From positions 960,001 to 1,024,000 of the forward strand of contig CAVVPN010000004.1 of NCBI GenBank assembly GCA_963750165.1: a stretch of 64,000 nt of DNA, in the 5' to 3' direction. Numbering within the stretch: the stretch's first letter is position 1; each line of letters begins with the position of its first letter. The notes under the pieces were generated by a model that worked only from the letters and a program-made list of their open reading frames with translations, made no database searches and had not been told where the DNA came from. This DNA comes from an uncultured Gemmataceae bacterium (lineage in GTDB: Bacteria > Planctomycetota > Planctomycetia > Gemmatales > Gemmataceae). Positions 31,349 to 42,689 of the stretch are shown here, piece by piece. Both the position numbers and the translations under genes were made by a program.

Positions 31349-31798
31349 TCACGCCCCGCCGCTCCGCAGCTGCTTGACGGCCGCCGACACGTCCTCGCCG
31401 AGCACCGCCAGCCCCTTCGACTTCAGATGCTTCATCGCCAGCCCGGTCGCCTGGCCGTCGTTCTTGGCCGCGCGCAGGTCGGCCGCGACCGGCCCCAGCT
31501 CGCGCACGATGGCGGCCACGTCCAGCGTTTTCGGCAGCAGCGCCTCCAGGTAGACGTTCTCCTGCCCCAGGCGCTCGTAGGCCGCGTGCGTCGTCTGGCC
31601 GCGCTGCTCCAGTTCCTTGCGTGTCTCGGCGTTGTTGGTCATCATCGAGCGGATGATGGCGTGGATTTCGGTGTCGGGCGGCAGCTTGCCGGTGCGGGCC
31701 TGGCGTGTCGAAACCTCGCCGAGGATGACGCGCAACAGGTCGCGGGCCAGGTCGTTCCGGGCCTTGACCGCCTCTTGCAATTTTGCCTGCAGGTCCAT
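31349..31798 (-). CDS. GatB/YqeY-domain protein
   Basis: LQEAVKARN..DLLRVILGE, E..YLEALLPKTL, GQATGLAMK. Confidence 0.75.
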   Translation of the reverse strand: MDLQAKLQEAVKARNDLARDLLRVILGEVSTRQARTGKLPPDTEIHAIIRSMMTNNAETRKELEQRGQTTHAAYERLGQENVYLEALLPKTLDVAAIVRELGPVAADLRAAKNDGQATGLAMKHLKSKGLAVLGEDVSAAVKQLRSGGA

Positions 31799-31997
31799 GA
31801 ATCGGCTCCTTTCGCGGGTGGTTCGGTGCAGCACGGCCGCCGGGCGGGGCGCGTCTGGCGATTGTCCGGGTATCCGATTATAATGCGGAGGGTGTGAGCA
31901 GGGAGGCGGAAAAAGTCGAACCGCTCTCGGCTTGTGCTCGTCCTCTCGCCTGAGCGGCGGCAGTCCGCATCCTCATAATGTCACGAAAGCGCGTGTC

Positions 31998-33554
31998 ATG
32001 GTTCGCACTCGTTTTGCCCCCAGTCCGACCGGTTACCTGCACATCGGCGGCGTTCGCACGGCCCTGTTCAACTGGCTGTTCGCCCGCAAGCATGGCGGCC
32101 AGTTCATCCTGCGCATCGACGACACCGATCAGCAGCGCAACGTCGCCGAGGCGCTGCAGCCGATCCTGGACGGTTTCCGCTGGCTCGGCCTCCACTGGGA
32201 CGAGGGGGCGGAGGTCGGCGGGCCGCATGGGCCGTATTACCAGTCGCAAAAGCTGGACCGCTACCAGGCGGCAGTGCGGCAGTTGGTCGAGACGGGGCAC
32301 GCCTACTGGGACTACGCGACCACCGAGGAACTGGCGGCCGAGCGCGCCGCCGCGGAGGCGGAGAAGCGACCGTTCCTCTACAGCCGCCGTTGGGCCGCTG
32401 AGTCACCGGCGCAGCGGGCCGCGTTCGAGGCCGAGGGCCGCAAGGGGGTGGTTCGACTCAAGATGCCGCGCGAGGGGGTTTGCCGCTTCAACGACCTCAT
32501 CCGCGGCGCGATGGAGGTCGCATGGGTGCAGGAGCAGGATCACGTTATCCAGCGCACCGACGGCACCGTGCTCTACAACCTGGCGAACGTCGTGGACGAC
32601 TTCGACATGCAGATCACGCACGTCATCCGCGCTGAGGAGCACCTGTCGAACACACCAAGGCAGCTTTTCGCCATCGACGCACTCGGCTACCCGCGGCCAG
32701 AGTACGCCCATTTACCGTTCGTCGCCGAGCCGGGCAGCAAGAACAAGCTGAGCAAGCGCAAGATCGCGAATTACCTACGCAACCCGGACTTCAAGAAGGT
32801 CTACGAGCACGGCAAGGCCATCGCCGACCGCCTTGGTTTGACGACCGCGGCGGAGACGTTCAACCCGGTGATCGTCGATTTCTACGAGCAGGTCGGCTAC
32901 CTGCCGGACGCGATCCTCAATTATCTGGTGCTGCTCGGCTGGTCGCTCGACGACCGGACGGAGGAATTTTCGCGGCCGCAGATGATCGAGCAATTTTCGC
33001 TGGAGCGCGTCAACAAGGCGCCGGCCAGCCTGGATGTGAAAAAGCTGTTCGCGTTCCAGGAGCGCTACATGAACCGGCTGCCGGTCACCGACAAGGTGGC
33101 GATGGTGGTGCCGTACCTGCAGCGGGCCGGGCTCGTCCCCGACCCGGTGCCGGACGCGGTGCGTGCGCTGGTGACGCAGGTCGTCACGGAGGTCGGCCAC
33201 CGGCTCATCGTGGCGGGCGACATCCTCAGCTATGAGGATTTCTTTGTCGCCGATGATAAATTAGCTTTCGATGACAAGGCGTTTGACAAGCACGTCCGCA
33301 AACCGGAGGCGGAGCTGCTGCGCAAGCTGCGGGAGTTGGTGGCGGGTGCGGAGCCGTTCGACGCGGCGACGCTGAAGGCGCGGGTGGAGGGGTTCACGCA
33401 GGCCGGGGGGCTGAAAGCGGGGCCGGTCAGCCAGACGCTGCGCGTCGCGGTGACGGGCAAGGAGGTCGGCTTCGGGACGTACGAGACGCTAGCGATTCTC
33501 GGCAGGGAGCGCTGCCTGGCGCGGATGGATCGGGCACTGGGAAAATTGGCTTGA
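31998..33554 (+). CDS. gltX: Glutamate--tRNA ligase
   Basis: RFAPSPTGYLHIGG, HVIRAEEH, KLSKR. Confidence 0.95.
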   Translation: MVRTRFAPSPTGYLHIGGVRTALFNWLFARKHGGQFILRIDDTDQQRNVAEALQPILDGFRWLGLHWDEGAEVGGPHGPYYQSQKLDRYQAAVRQLVETGHAYWDYATTEELAAERAAAEAEKRPFLYSRRWAAESPAQRAAFEAEGRKGVVRLKMPREGVCRFNDLIRGAMEVAWVQEQDHVIQRTDGTVLYNLANVVDDFDMQITHVIRAEEHLSNTPRQLFAIDALGYPRPEYAHLPFVAEPGSKNKLSKRKIANYLRNPDFKKVYEHGKAIADRLGLTTAAETFNPVIVDFYEQVGYLPDAILNYLVLLGWSLDDRTEEFSRPQMIEQFSLERVNKAPASLDVKKLFAFQERYMNRLPVTDKVAMVVPYLQRAGLVPDPVPDAVRALVTQVVTEVGHRLIVAGDILSYEDFFVADDKLAFDDKAFDKHVRKPEAELLRKLRELVAGAEPFDAATLKARVEGFTQAGGLKAGPVSQTLRVAVTGKEVGFGTYETLAILGRERCLARMDRALGKLA

Positions 33555-33557
33555 GTC

Positions 33558-34136
33558 ATGATTCGACAATTGAGCGTTACCTTCATGAGAAATCCATCCA
33601 GGGCCGAACCGGACCTGGCTAACCTGCAAGGCGTGGTAGCGCCGGAGGTTCTCCAGGCGGCCGCAATCGCCTCGAGCAAATTGCGCGAGGCCGGGATTCC
33701 TCACGCGCTCGCGGGAGGATTAGCCGTGGGGGCCCACGGTTATCCGCGCACCACGGACGACGTGGATTTTCTTGTGGGTGATGAGGCGTTCGAGAAACAT
33801 GTTGGTGGTATCGTCATGCTCAGGGTGCCGATCATTGCCGTCGGCAACGTCCGGATCGATTTCGTCTCGATGGACGAGTCAGCAGATGAAGGGAAACCAT
33901 TGCGATCCGCCGTGGAAAATCCACCAGAGAGCGAACATATTCCCATCGTGCCGCTCAGCGCTCTTGTCTACATGAAGCTTAAAGCGGGCCGACAGAAGGA
34001 TCTCGCCGATCTCGTGGAGTTGCTCAAGCGCGGCAGGATCGAAGTCCGCAGCATCGACAATTACCTTGTGATGCACGCCCCTGAGCAAGTGCGCAGGTGG
34101 GAGCAGGTGAAGGCGATTGCTGCAACGGAAGAGTGA
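33558..34136 (+). CDS. Pol-beta-superfamily nucleotidyltransferase (DUF6036/AbiEii-like), lower GC
   Basis: [37 protein letters not shown]. Confidence 0.7.
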   Translation: MIRQLSVTFMRNPSRAEPDLANLQGVVAPEVLQAAAIASSKLREAGIPHALAGGLAVGAHGYPRTTDDVDFLVGDEAFEKHVGGIVMLRVPIIAVGNVRIDFVSMDESADEGKPLRSAVENPPESEHIPIVPLSALVYMKLKAGRQKDLADLVELLKRGRIEVRSIDNYLVMHAPEQVRRWEQVKAIAATEE

Positions 34137-34180
34137 CCAATCCTCTCATCGACGCTGGCAAACACGTGGAGTTAATATAC

Positions 34181-35888
<1,708 letters not shown>

Positions 35889-35898
35889 CAGGACACAA

Positions 35899-36003
35899 AG
35901 GATTAGCCACAGAGGACACAGAGAACACAGAGAGAAAGAGAGGAGACGGGATACTCCTCCTCTCTTTCTCTCTGTGTTCTCTGTGTCCTCTGTGGCTAAT
36001 CCT
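35899..36003. repeat. 47-bp perfect inverted repeat (family G) between convergent genes
   Basis: aggattagccacagaggacacagagaacacagagagaaagagaggag and its reverse complement at 35957-36003. Confidence 0.9.
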
Positions 36004-37333
36004 ATTGTGCGCCCTTCTTGCCCGCGCTCCACAAAGGCGGCACATTTGAGGAGTTCCAGCGTTCCCAGTCCGCCCGCATGGCGCGCACTCGCTCCGGCTG
36101 CGCCGCCGCCAGATCCTTGCTCTCGCCGATGTCGTCCTTCAGGTTGTACAGGTGGACGCCGGTCTTGTCGTACTGCACCAGCTTCCAGTCGCCGTGCCGC
36201 ACCGCGAACTGCTCGCCGAAGCGCCAGAACAAATATTCGTGCGGCGCCCCCGCCTTCTTGCCCTCCAGGTACGGCAACAGGTTGACGCCGTCAATCTTCA
36301 GCTTCTCCGGCACCTTGCCGCCCGCGGCGGCCAGCACCGTTGGCAAAATGTCCAGCTGGATGATGGGCTGGTCATACGTCTTGCCGCCCGGCAGCCGCGC
36401 CTTCCACTGCAGCACGAACGGCACGCGCACGCCCCCTTCGAGCAGCTGCCGCTTGGAGCCGCGCAGCGGGAAATTCCGCGAGCCGTTGATCGTCGTGCCA
36501 ATCATCGTGGGACCGCCGTTGTCGCTGAAGAAGAAAATCAGCGTGTCGTCCTCCAGGCCCTTCTCGCGCAACTTCGCCATCACCTTGCCGATGGCGTCAT
36601 CCATCGCCGACAGCATCGCCGCGTAGGTGCGCCGCTGCTTGTCCTTGATGTTCGGGAAACGCTCCAGATACTTGTCCGTCGCCTGCATCGGCGTATGCAC
36701 CGCGTTGAACGCCAGGTAGAGGAAAAACGGCTCCCTGTCGTGACGGTCGATGAAGTCCACCGCCTCGCGGGCCAGGGCGTCCGTCAGGTACTCCTTCTCC
36801 TCAACCTCTCTGGTGCCGCGCTGAATCGGCACGCCCTTGCCGGCGAAATAGGGGTGCGCGCCGCCGAGGAAGCCGAAGAACTCCTGAAAGCCGCGCTCCG
36901 TCGGGTGCATCTTCGGTTGCCCGCCCAGGTGCCACTTGCCGACCAGGCCCGTGGCGTAGCCGAGCTGCCGCATCAGGTTCGCCAACGTCACCTCCGTCGT
37001 CGGCAGCCCCTGCTTGCCGCCGCCGGGGTTGAACTCGTGGCCGAAGCGGTTCTGGTAACGACCAGTCATCAGGCCGGCGCGCGTCGGGCTGCAGTACGGG
37101 CCGGAGACGTAGCCGTTCGTGAAGCGGACGCCCTGGCGGGCCAGCCTGTCGATGTTGGGCGTCGGGATGTCCTTGCAGCCGTGGAAGCCGGTGTCGGCGA
37201 AGCCCAGGTCGTCGGCCAGCAGGATGACGATGTTCGGCTTCTTCGCCTGCTTCTGGGCGAGCACGGGCTGGCCGTTGGCCAGCAGCAGCGCCACGGCGGC
37301 CAGGCCGAGCAGCGCGATGTGTGCGGAGCGCAT
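36002..37333 (-). CDS. Secreted FGly-type (S1) sulfatase
   Basis: PNIVILLADDLG, CSPTRAGLMTGRY, GKWHLG, SDNGG. Confidence 0.95.
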   Translation of the reverse strand: MRSAHIALLGLAAVALLLANGQPVLAQKQAKKPNIVILLADDLGFADTGFHGCKDIPTPNIDRLARQGVRFTNGYVSGPYCSPTRAGLMTGRYQNRFGHEFNPGGGKQGLPTTEVTLANLMRQLGYATGLVGKWHLGGQPKMHPTERGFQEFFGFLGGAHPYFAGKGVPIQRGTREVEEKEYLTDALAREAVDFIDRHDREPFFLYLAFNAVHTPMQATDKYLERFPNIKDKQRRTYAAMLSAMDDAIGKVMAKLREKGLEDDTLIFFFSDNGGPTMIGTTINGSRNFPLRGSKRQLLEGGVRVPFVLQWKARLPGGKTYDQPIIQLDILPTVLAAAGGKVPEKLKIDGVNLLPYLEGKKAGAPHEYLFWRFGEQFAVRHGDWKLVQYDKTGVHLYNLKDDIGESKDLAAAQPERVRAMRADWERWNSSNVPPLWSAGKKGAQ

Positions 37334-37360
37334 CAGTGTTTCTCCTTGACGCCGGATCGG

Positions 37361-38581
37361 TCAGCGGGGCGACTGCACGCAGCGGAAGCCGATGTGCGAC
37401 GCTGCACTGGTAGGCTCGCCCTTGCCGCGGGCGCCCGCCACGTAAGCGATGCAGTAGTTGTTGCAGCACAAAAACGATCCGCCGCGCTGCACCCGCTTGG
37501 GCAACGGTTCATGGGGATCGTGACTGACCGCCGGCCCCTGCGGGTTGATCTGTGGACCGAGTACGGGGTAACCGGGCTGATACCAGTCGCTGCACCATTC
37601 CCAGACATTGCCCGACATGTCGTGCAGACCGAATCGGTTCGCGGGGAACGAGCCGACCGGCGCCGTCCCCACGTAGCCGTCTTCCTTGGTGTTCGTCGTC
37701 GGGAAATTCCCGTCCCAGATGTTGGCCATACACTTGTCTTCAGGGAACTGCTCATCGCCCCAGTAAAAGTCCTTGCGGTCCAGGCCGCCGCGGGCGGCGA
37801 ACTCCCACTCAGCCTCGGTCGGCAGTCGCTTGCCGGCCCACTTGCAATACACCAGGGCGTCCAGGTAGCAAATATGCACGACCGGGTGGTTCTCTCGTCC
37901 TTTCAAGTCGCTGCCCGGACCCTCGGGGTGGCGCCAGCAGGCCCTCTTGACGTCCTTGAACCAGGGGATCTGTTCGTTCGCGCCGTCCTGCTTCCGCGGG
38001 TCGGGCTCGAAGACGATCGAGAACGGCTCCAGGGGCTCCAGGACCTTGTAGACCCCGTGCCAGGGGAGCGCGGCCGGAAACGGCTGGGTCGGCACCACGC
38101 TCAGGAGCCCCATCCGTTGATTAAACAGCATCTTCGGGAAGTCCTTCAGGTTCGGGACGCACTCGGCGTAGGTTTTGTAGCCGGTCGCTTTCACAAACTT
38201 CGCGAACTGGGCGTTGGTCACCTCCGTCTTATCCATCCAGAAGCCGTCCACGGTGACCAGATGCACCGGCTGGGCGTCCTTGAAATGGTCCGAGCCCATG
38301 TAAAACCGGCCGCCAGGAACCCACACCATGCCCTCGGGCGCCAGTCCGGGCGGTTCGTCGGCGTTGACGTATGTTTCTTCCGCCCAGGTTTTGGTATTCG
38401 GAAAGAGGGCGTCGCGGAAATGGTAGCCAGCGTAGGCCAGGCCGCCCACCACGAGCACCGCGGTGAGCACCATCAGGTAACGCCGCCAGTGGGTCTTCCA
38501 CGACGGCAACAGCGGCTGCGGCTGACTCTGCTGGAACTGGCGAGCCTGCCGCACGCGCCGGCTGCTGGGTTTGGGTTTCAT
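37361..38581 (-). CDS. Membrane-anchored formylglycine-generating-enzyme family protein
   Basis: TEVTNAQF, RLPTEAEWEFAARGG, DMSGNVWEW, RGGSFLC..YC, HIGFRC. Confidence 0.9.
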   Translation of the reverse strand: MKPKPSSRRVRQARQFQQSQPQPLLPSWKTHWRRYLMVLTAVLVVGGLAYAGYHFRDALFPNTKTWAEETYVNADEPPGLAPEGMVWVPGGRFYMGSDHFKDAQPVHLVTVDGFWMDKTEVTNAQFAKFVKATGYKTYAECVPNLKDFPKMLFNQRMGLLSVVPTQPFPAALPWHGVYKVLEPLEPFSIVFEPDPRKQDGANEQIPWFKDVKRACWRHPEGPGSDLKGRENHPVVHICYLDALVYCKWAGKRLPTEAEWEFAARGGLDRKDFYWGDEQFPEDKCMANIWDGNFPTTNTKEDGYVGTAPVGSFPANRFGLHDMSGNVWEWCSDWYQPGYPVLGPQINPQGPAVSHDPHEPLPKRVQRGGSFLCCNNYCIAYVAGARGKGEPTSAASHIGFRCVQSPR

Positions 38582-38798
38582 CAGTCCACCTCGTCACGAA
38601 GAAGCGTTCGCACGCCGCGGACAGCAGGCGAAGCGTAGCCGTCGCGGTCGTGGAGCGAAGCCGGTTGGGTGACGCTATTGTACAGAGACGGCGCGGGCGT
38701 CAGACGGACGGCGTCACCTTTTTTGTTGGGCGCCGGCCATAGCGGTTTGGCCAGGCCCGCGTTCCACTTGTCGTTGGCCGCCTGCGATGTAGGTCAAC

Positions 38799-39206
38799 TT
38801 GCAGATCGACCCGGACAAGGCAACCAAGGTGTGGATGCCAGCGGTCGGGCCAGAGGAACCGATTTACCGATTCTGGTCCGTCGCGGATTACGAAAAAGAG
38901 ATCGCATCCCCTTACCACTTTGGCCAGGAGGGGGTGCCGTTCACTGTCTTCCAGGCGGTCGGCCCGCAGTCGCCGGAGGTGCTCCGGGGGCTCGCCACGG
39001 CGTTGAAAAGCCCCCACGGGGTCGTTCGCACCAAGGCCGCCGTCTTGTTGAGCCGCATGGGGACCGAGGCCCGCGCCGCTGTTCCCCTCTTGCTCCCCCT
39101 GTTGCGCGACACCTACAGCCCCACGCGCCGGGCAGCTGCGGAGGTACTCGGACGCATCGACCCCAATGCATTGAAGAAGGCAGTCCCCCAGGGAGGCAAC
39201 CGATGA
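38799..39206 (+). pseudogene. HEAT-repeat protein fragment
   Basis: VRTKAAVLLSRMGTEARAAVPLL..RRAAAEVLGRIDP; no clear start. Confidence 0.45.
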
Positions 39207-39424
39207 CCGTTTCGACCTCAATCTCAATGAGCGTTCGCGCGCTCGCCGTGGCGGTGGGGTGGCTCCTCATGGGGGGGACAGCGCCGGCCCAGCAGCCGGC
39301 CCTTGTGAAGAAGACGCATACCTACAAGACCGTCGGCAAGGTGGCGGTGCAGGCGGACGTGTATCGGCCGGACGACGCCAAGGTGCGGCCGGTGCTGGTG
39401 TGGATCCACGGCGGCGCCCTGATC
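39203..39424 (+). pseudogene. Secreted alpha/beta hydrolase truncated after the oxyanion motif
   Basis: GGAGG RBS, signal peptide, TYKTVG..ADVYRP..RPVLVWIHGGALI, then runs into a repeat. Confidence 0.75.
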
Positions 39425-39520
39425 TCTTGTTCCTGGTCGGAGCCCGAGCGCCAGCGAGGGGCAAAGCGTGCCTCTCGCTGGCGCTCGGGCTCCGACCTAC
39501 CACGAACATTCCTGGCGATT
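39421..39520. mobile_element. ~100-bp family F REP unit with conserved flanks
   Basis: 24-bp perfect IR 39435-39458/39474-39497; flanks match an inverted copy at 49303-49375. Confidence 0.7.
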
Positions 39521-39525
39521 TGGTA

Positions 39526-40728
39526 TCAGGCCGCCTGCCGCGCCGACCCCAGTGCCACAGGCACCGCTGCGGCCGGCCGCCGATAGGTCCAGGCCAGCCG
39601 CACCGCCTGGCCGCCCAGGAACAGCAGCGCCCCCAGAGCCTGGAAGGCGTGTTCCCGGGCGAACACGCGGCCGCGCTCGCCCACCAGGTCCGACACCAGC
39701 GGCCCCGTCAGCAGCAGACTCGCCAGCAGCAACGCCCGCCACGGCCAGTTCGCCGGCCCCGACCACGCCGCCACCAGCAGCCACGCCAGCGGCACGGCCA
39801 GCACGACATAGGTGACGGGCTCTGTCGCCGGCCCGAACAGCGCCACCCAGACGCAGAACAGCACGAAGGTTTCCGTCAGCAACGCCCGCTGCCCCGGCGC
39901 CCGTCGCGCCAGCCACAGGCACAACGCCAGCACGACGCCACCGGCCAGCACGCCGAGCAGGGCGAACGTCAGCGGCGACAGTGGTTGGAGGTAGACCGCA
40001 CAGAAGTGGTCGAAGCTGCGCCAGCGCCAGCGCAACAGTGGAGCGTCGGGGCTCTCCAGCAAGTGGGCCCACCAGCTCCGATACTGCCAGGCAACCACGT
40101 CCGGCCAGTGCGTGGCGAACGGCAGCGCCAGCCCCACGCCCAGGGCGACCGCGAACCGCCCGGCGAACTGACGGTAGCACACGACGGCGAGCAGCAGCGC
40201 CAGCGCCAGCGGATAGGTCTTGATGAGCGTGGCCGCGGCGAGGTAGGCGGCGGCCCGGTTCCACTTGCCGTCGGCGGCGCGGGCCAGGCCGAGCAACATA
40301 CAGCCCAGCATCAGCAGGTTGGCCTGGCCGTTGTACATGCACGGCATCGACAGCGGCAGCACCAGCAGGAAGAAGGCCGCGCTCTGGGTCCGGTCCCAGG
40401 TGAGCGGTAGCAACCGCCGGGCCGCCGCCCCCAGGCCACAGGCGAAGACGCCGAGGTTGAACAGCTTCCACAGTGGGCCGCCCAGGAAATCGGGCAGCAC
40501 CGCGAACGGCGTCAGGGCGATGGCGAACAGGGGGCTGTAGCGGTAGTAGTCCAGGCGGAAGAGGTACAGGTCCTCGGCCACCCACCACGCCCGGGCCGGC
40601 GGGGCGTAGATTGGATAAACGGAGTGGGACAGGGGGAAGAGGCTGGCGTGGATGGCGATCAGCGCCGCCAGCAGGCCCCACACCGCCCAGGCAATGCCGG
40701 GCAGGCGGCCGCGCAGGCTCATCAACAT
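39526..40728 (-). CDS. GT87/DUF2029 membrane glycosyltransferase
   Basis: YRYSPLFA, NGQAN, IKTYP, GPATE; polytopic. Confidence 0.8.
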   Translation of the reverse strand: MLMSLRGRLPGIAWAVWGLLAALIAIHASLFPLSHSVYPIYAPPARAWWVAEDLYLFRLDYYRYSPLFAIALTPFAVLPDFLGGPLWKLFNLGVFACGLGAAARRLLPLTWDRTQSAAFFLLVLPLSMPCMYNGQANLLMLGCMLLGLARAADGKWNRAAAYLAAATLIKTYPLALALLLAVVCYRQFAGRFAVALGVGLALPFATHWPDVVAWQYRSWWAHLLESPDAPLLRWRWRSFDHFCAVYLQPLSPLTFALLGVLAGGVVLALCLWLARRAPGQRALLTETFVLFCVWVALFGPATEPVTYVVLAVPLAWLLVAAWSGPANWPWRALLLASLLLTGPLVSDLVGERGRVFAREHAFQALGALLFLGGQAVRLAWTYRRPAAAVPVALGSARQAA

Positions 40729-40965
40729 GGTGCAATTCCTTTGGTGCTTTCCAGGTGCCGGCCCTTTCATCGGCCGCCCCCACCTTGCGCCGCCACTGGA
40801 AATCGTTCAGTTCGCCAGGACGGGGTCTGCGTCGGGCGCACACCGCCGGTTTTGCTGAAGCGACTTGATTCGTTCTGACGATTGAGTTAAAGGCCATCCC
40901 CTGTCCGGGCAGGCATTGCCGCGCCGCCCCTTTGACCCGCCTGCCCTCGAACGTGAGGACCACCC

Positions 40966-41811
40966 ATGCAGCCCGACACCGACGCCCAGGAGCCGGACCC
41001 AGCCTTGACCAGTTTGGTTTTCCCCGTGTACAACGCGGAACCGCTGGTGCGTGCTACCTGGGAACGTGTGCGGGCCTTCCTGGGCGCGGCCCCGGGAACC
41101 TGGGAAGTCCTGTTCGTGTGCGATGGTTGCAGCGATGACACCGAGCCCACCTTGCGGGAGCTGACGCGCGACGCCGGTGAGCGCGTGCGGGTGCTGTCCT
41201 ACGACCGCAATCGCGGTAAGGGCTACGCCGTCCGCCACGGACTGCAGGCGGCGCGCGGCCAGTGGCGAGTGTTCACCGATGTGGACCTTGCCTATCGCTT
41301 CGAGGACGTGGTACGACTGGCGCAAACGCTGTGGGCCGGGGCGGAGGTGGTGATTGCGTCGCGGCACCATCCGGACAGCCGGCTGATGCTGCCGCCCAAC
41401 TTGCAGGGCTATTTTTACCGCCGGCACCTGCAAAGCCTGGTGTTCTCGCGGCTGGTGCGCTGGCTGCTGCCGCTGTCGCTCGGCGACACGCAGGCGGGCC
41501 TCAAGGGCCTGAGTGCCCGTGCCGCCGGCCTGATGCTGCCGCACCTGCGCTGCCGGGGCTTCGGCTTCGACTGCGAACTGCTGACGGCGTGCGTCCGCTT
41601 CGGCCTGGCGGTGACCGAGGTGCCGGTGTGCGTCCGCTACGAGGACCGGACCACGACGACCACGCTGCGCAGCACTGGCCGCATGGTGCGCGAGCTGTGG
41701 AAAATCCGCCGGCGCTGGCGGCGCTTCTCGCCGCCGGCACCCGTGCTCGCCCCGAAAGCTGCCGTTAAGCAGGAGCAACCCCTTTGCAAGGCCAACGCTA
41801 TCTTGTCGTGA
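40966..41811 (+). CDS. GT2 polyprenyl-phosphate glycosyltransferase
   Basis: VFPVYN, CDGCSD, NRGKGYAV, FTDVDLAY, DTQAGLKG, FGFDCE. Confidence 0.9.
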   Translation: MQPDTDAQEPDPALTSLVFPVYNAEPLVRATWERVRAFLGAAPGTWEVLFVCDGCSDDTEPTLRELTRDAGERVRVLSYDRNRGKGYAVRHGLQAARGQWRVFTDVDLAYRFEDVVRLAQTLWAGAEVVIASRHHPDSRLMLPPNLQGYFYRRHLQSLVFSRLVRWLLPLSLGDTQAGLKGLSARAAGLMLPHLRCRGFGFDCELLTACVRFGLAVTEVPVCVRYEDRTTTTTLRSTGRMVRELWKIRRRWRRFSPPAPVLAPKAAVKQEQPLCKANAILS

Positions 41812-42689
41812 CGGCGGACGATTTCGGCATCGGCCCGGCCACGACGCACGGCATCCTTGACCTGGCCGCCCAGGGGCTGGTCACCGCCACAGTGCTGCTG
41901 GTCAACTCCCCCCACGCCGAATACGCGGTGCGCGCCTGGCGCCAGAGCGGCGCCGTCCTCGAAGTCGGCTGGCACCCCTGTCTGACGCTGGACCGCCCCG
42001 TGTTGCCGGCCGCCGAGGTGCCCACGCTTGTCGATGCCGCCGGCGCATTTTTGCCGCTGGGCCGCTTCCTGCGCCGCCTGCTCGTGGGCCGCGTCAATGC
42101 CGGGCAGGTGGCGGCGGAACTGCGGGCCCAGTATCGGCGTTTCCTCGACCTGATCGGCCGGCCGCCGGTCGTCGTCAACGCCCATCATCATGTGCAGGTG
42201 TTCCCGACGGTTGGCCGCGCCCTGCTCGACCTGCTGGGGCAACAGCGGCCGCTGCCGTACTTCCGCCAGTTGCGCGAACCGTGGCGGACCCTGCAGCGCG
42301 TGCCCGGTTCGCGGCTCAAGCGGGTGGTGCTGTCAACCCTGGGCCGGCGGTTGGCGCGGCGGCAGCGTGACGTGGGTTTCCCCGGTAACGACTGGCTCGC
42401 CGGCATCAGTGATCCTGTGTACGTCGCTGACCCGCACTTCCTGGTGCGCTGGCTGCGGCACACGCCCGGCCGGGTCGTCGAACTGATGTGCCACCCGGGC
42501 TACCCCGACCGGACGCTGCTGGGCCGCGATGCCACCGCGGATGACGGCCAACTGGAGCGGCGCGTCTGCGAGTACCAGCTGTTGCAGCAGCCGCGGTTTT
42601 TGCAGGCCTGTCACGATGCGGGCTTTCGCCTGGTGGCGCCGTCCGGCGTCGGCCCGCAGCTGAGTGAGGTGGAGCCGCATGCCGCCTGA
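41784..42689 (+). CDS. YdjC/ChbG/HpnK-family deacetylase
   Basis: VTADDFG, GWHPCL, NAHHHV, ELMCHPG. Confidence 0.9.
   Translation: MQGQRYLVVTADDFGIGPATTHGILDLAAQGLVTATVLLVNSPHAEYAVRAWRQSGAVLEVGWHPCLTLDRPVLPAAEVPTLVDAAGAFLPLGRFLRRLLVGRVNAGQVAAELRAQYRRFLDLIGRPPVVVNAHHHVQVFPTVGRALLDLLGQQRPLPYFRQLREPWRTLQRVPGSRLKRVVLSTLGRRLARRQRDVGFPGNDWLAGISDPVYVADPHFLVRWLRHTPGRVVELMCHPGYPDRTLLGRDATADDGQLERRVCEYQLLQQPRFLQACHDAGFRLVAPSGVGPQLSEVEPHAA

Noticed and set aside
36002..38581. Sulfatase-FGE pair as a novelty
   Set aside because: A common arrangement in planctomycetes
36152..38638. Long antisense or alternate-frame ORFs (also 50666-53308, 2265-4043, 34527-36032)
   Set aside because: Shadow ORFs of real genes in high-GC DNA with no recognisable motifs
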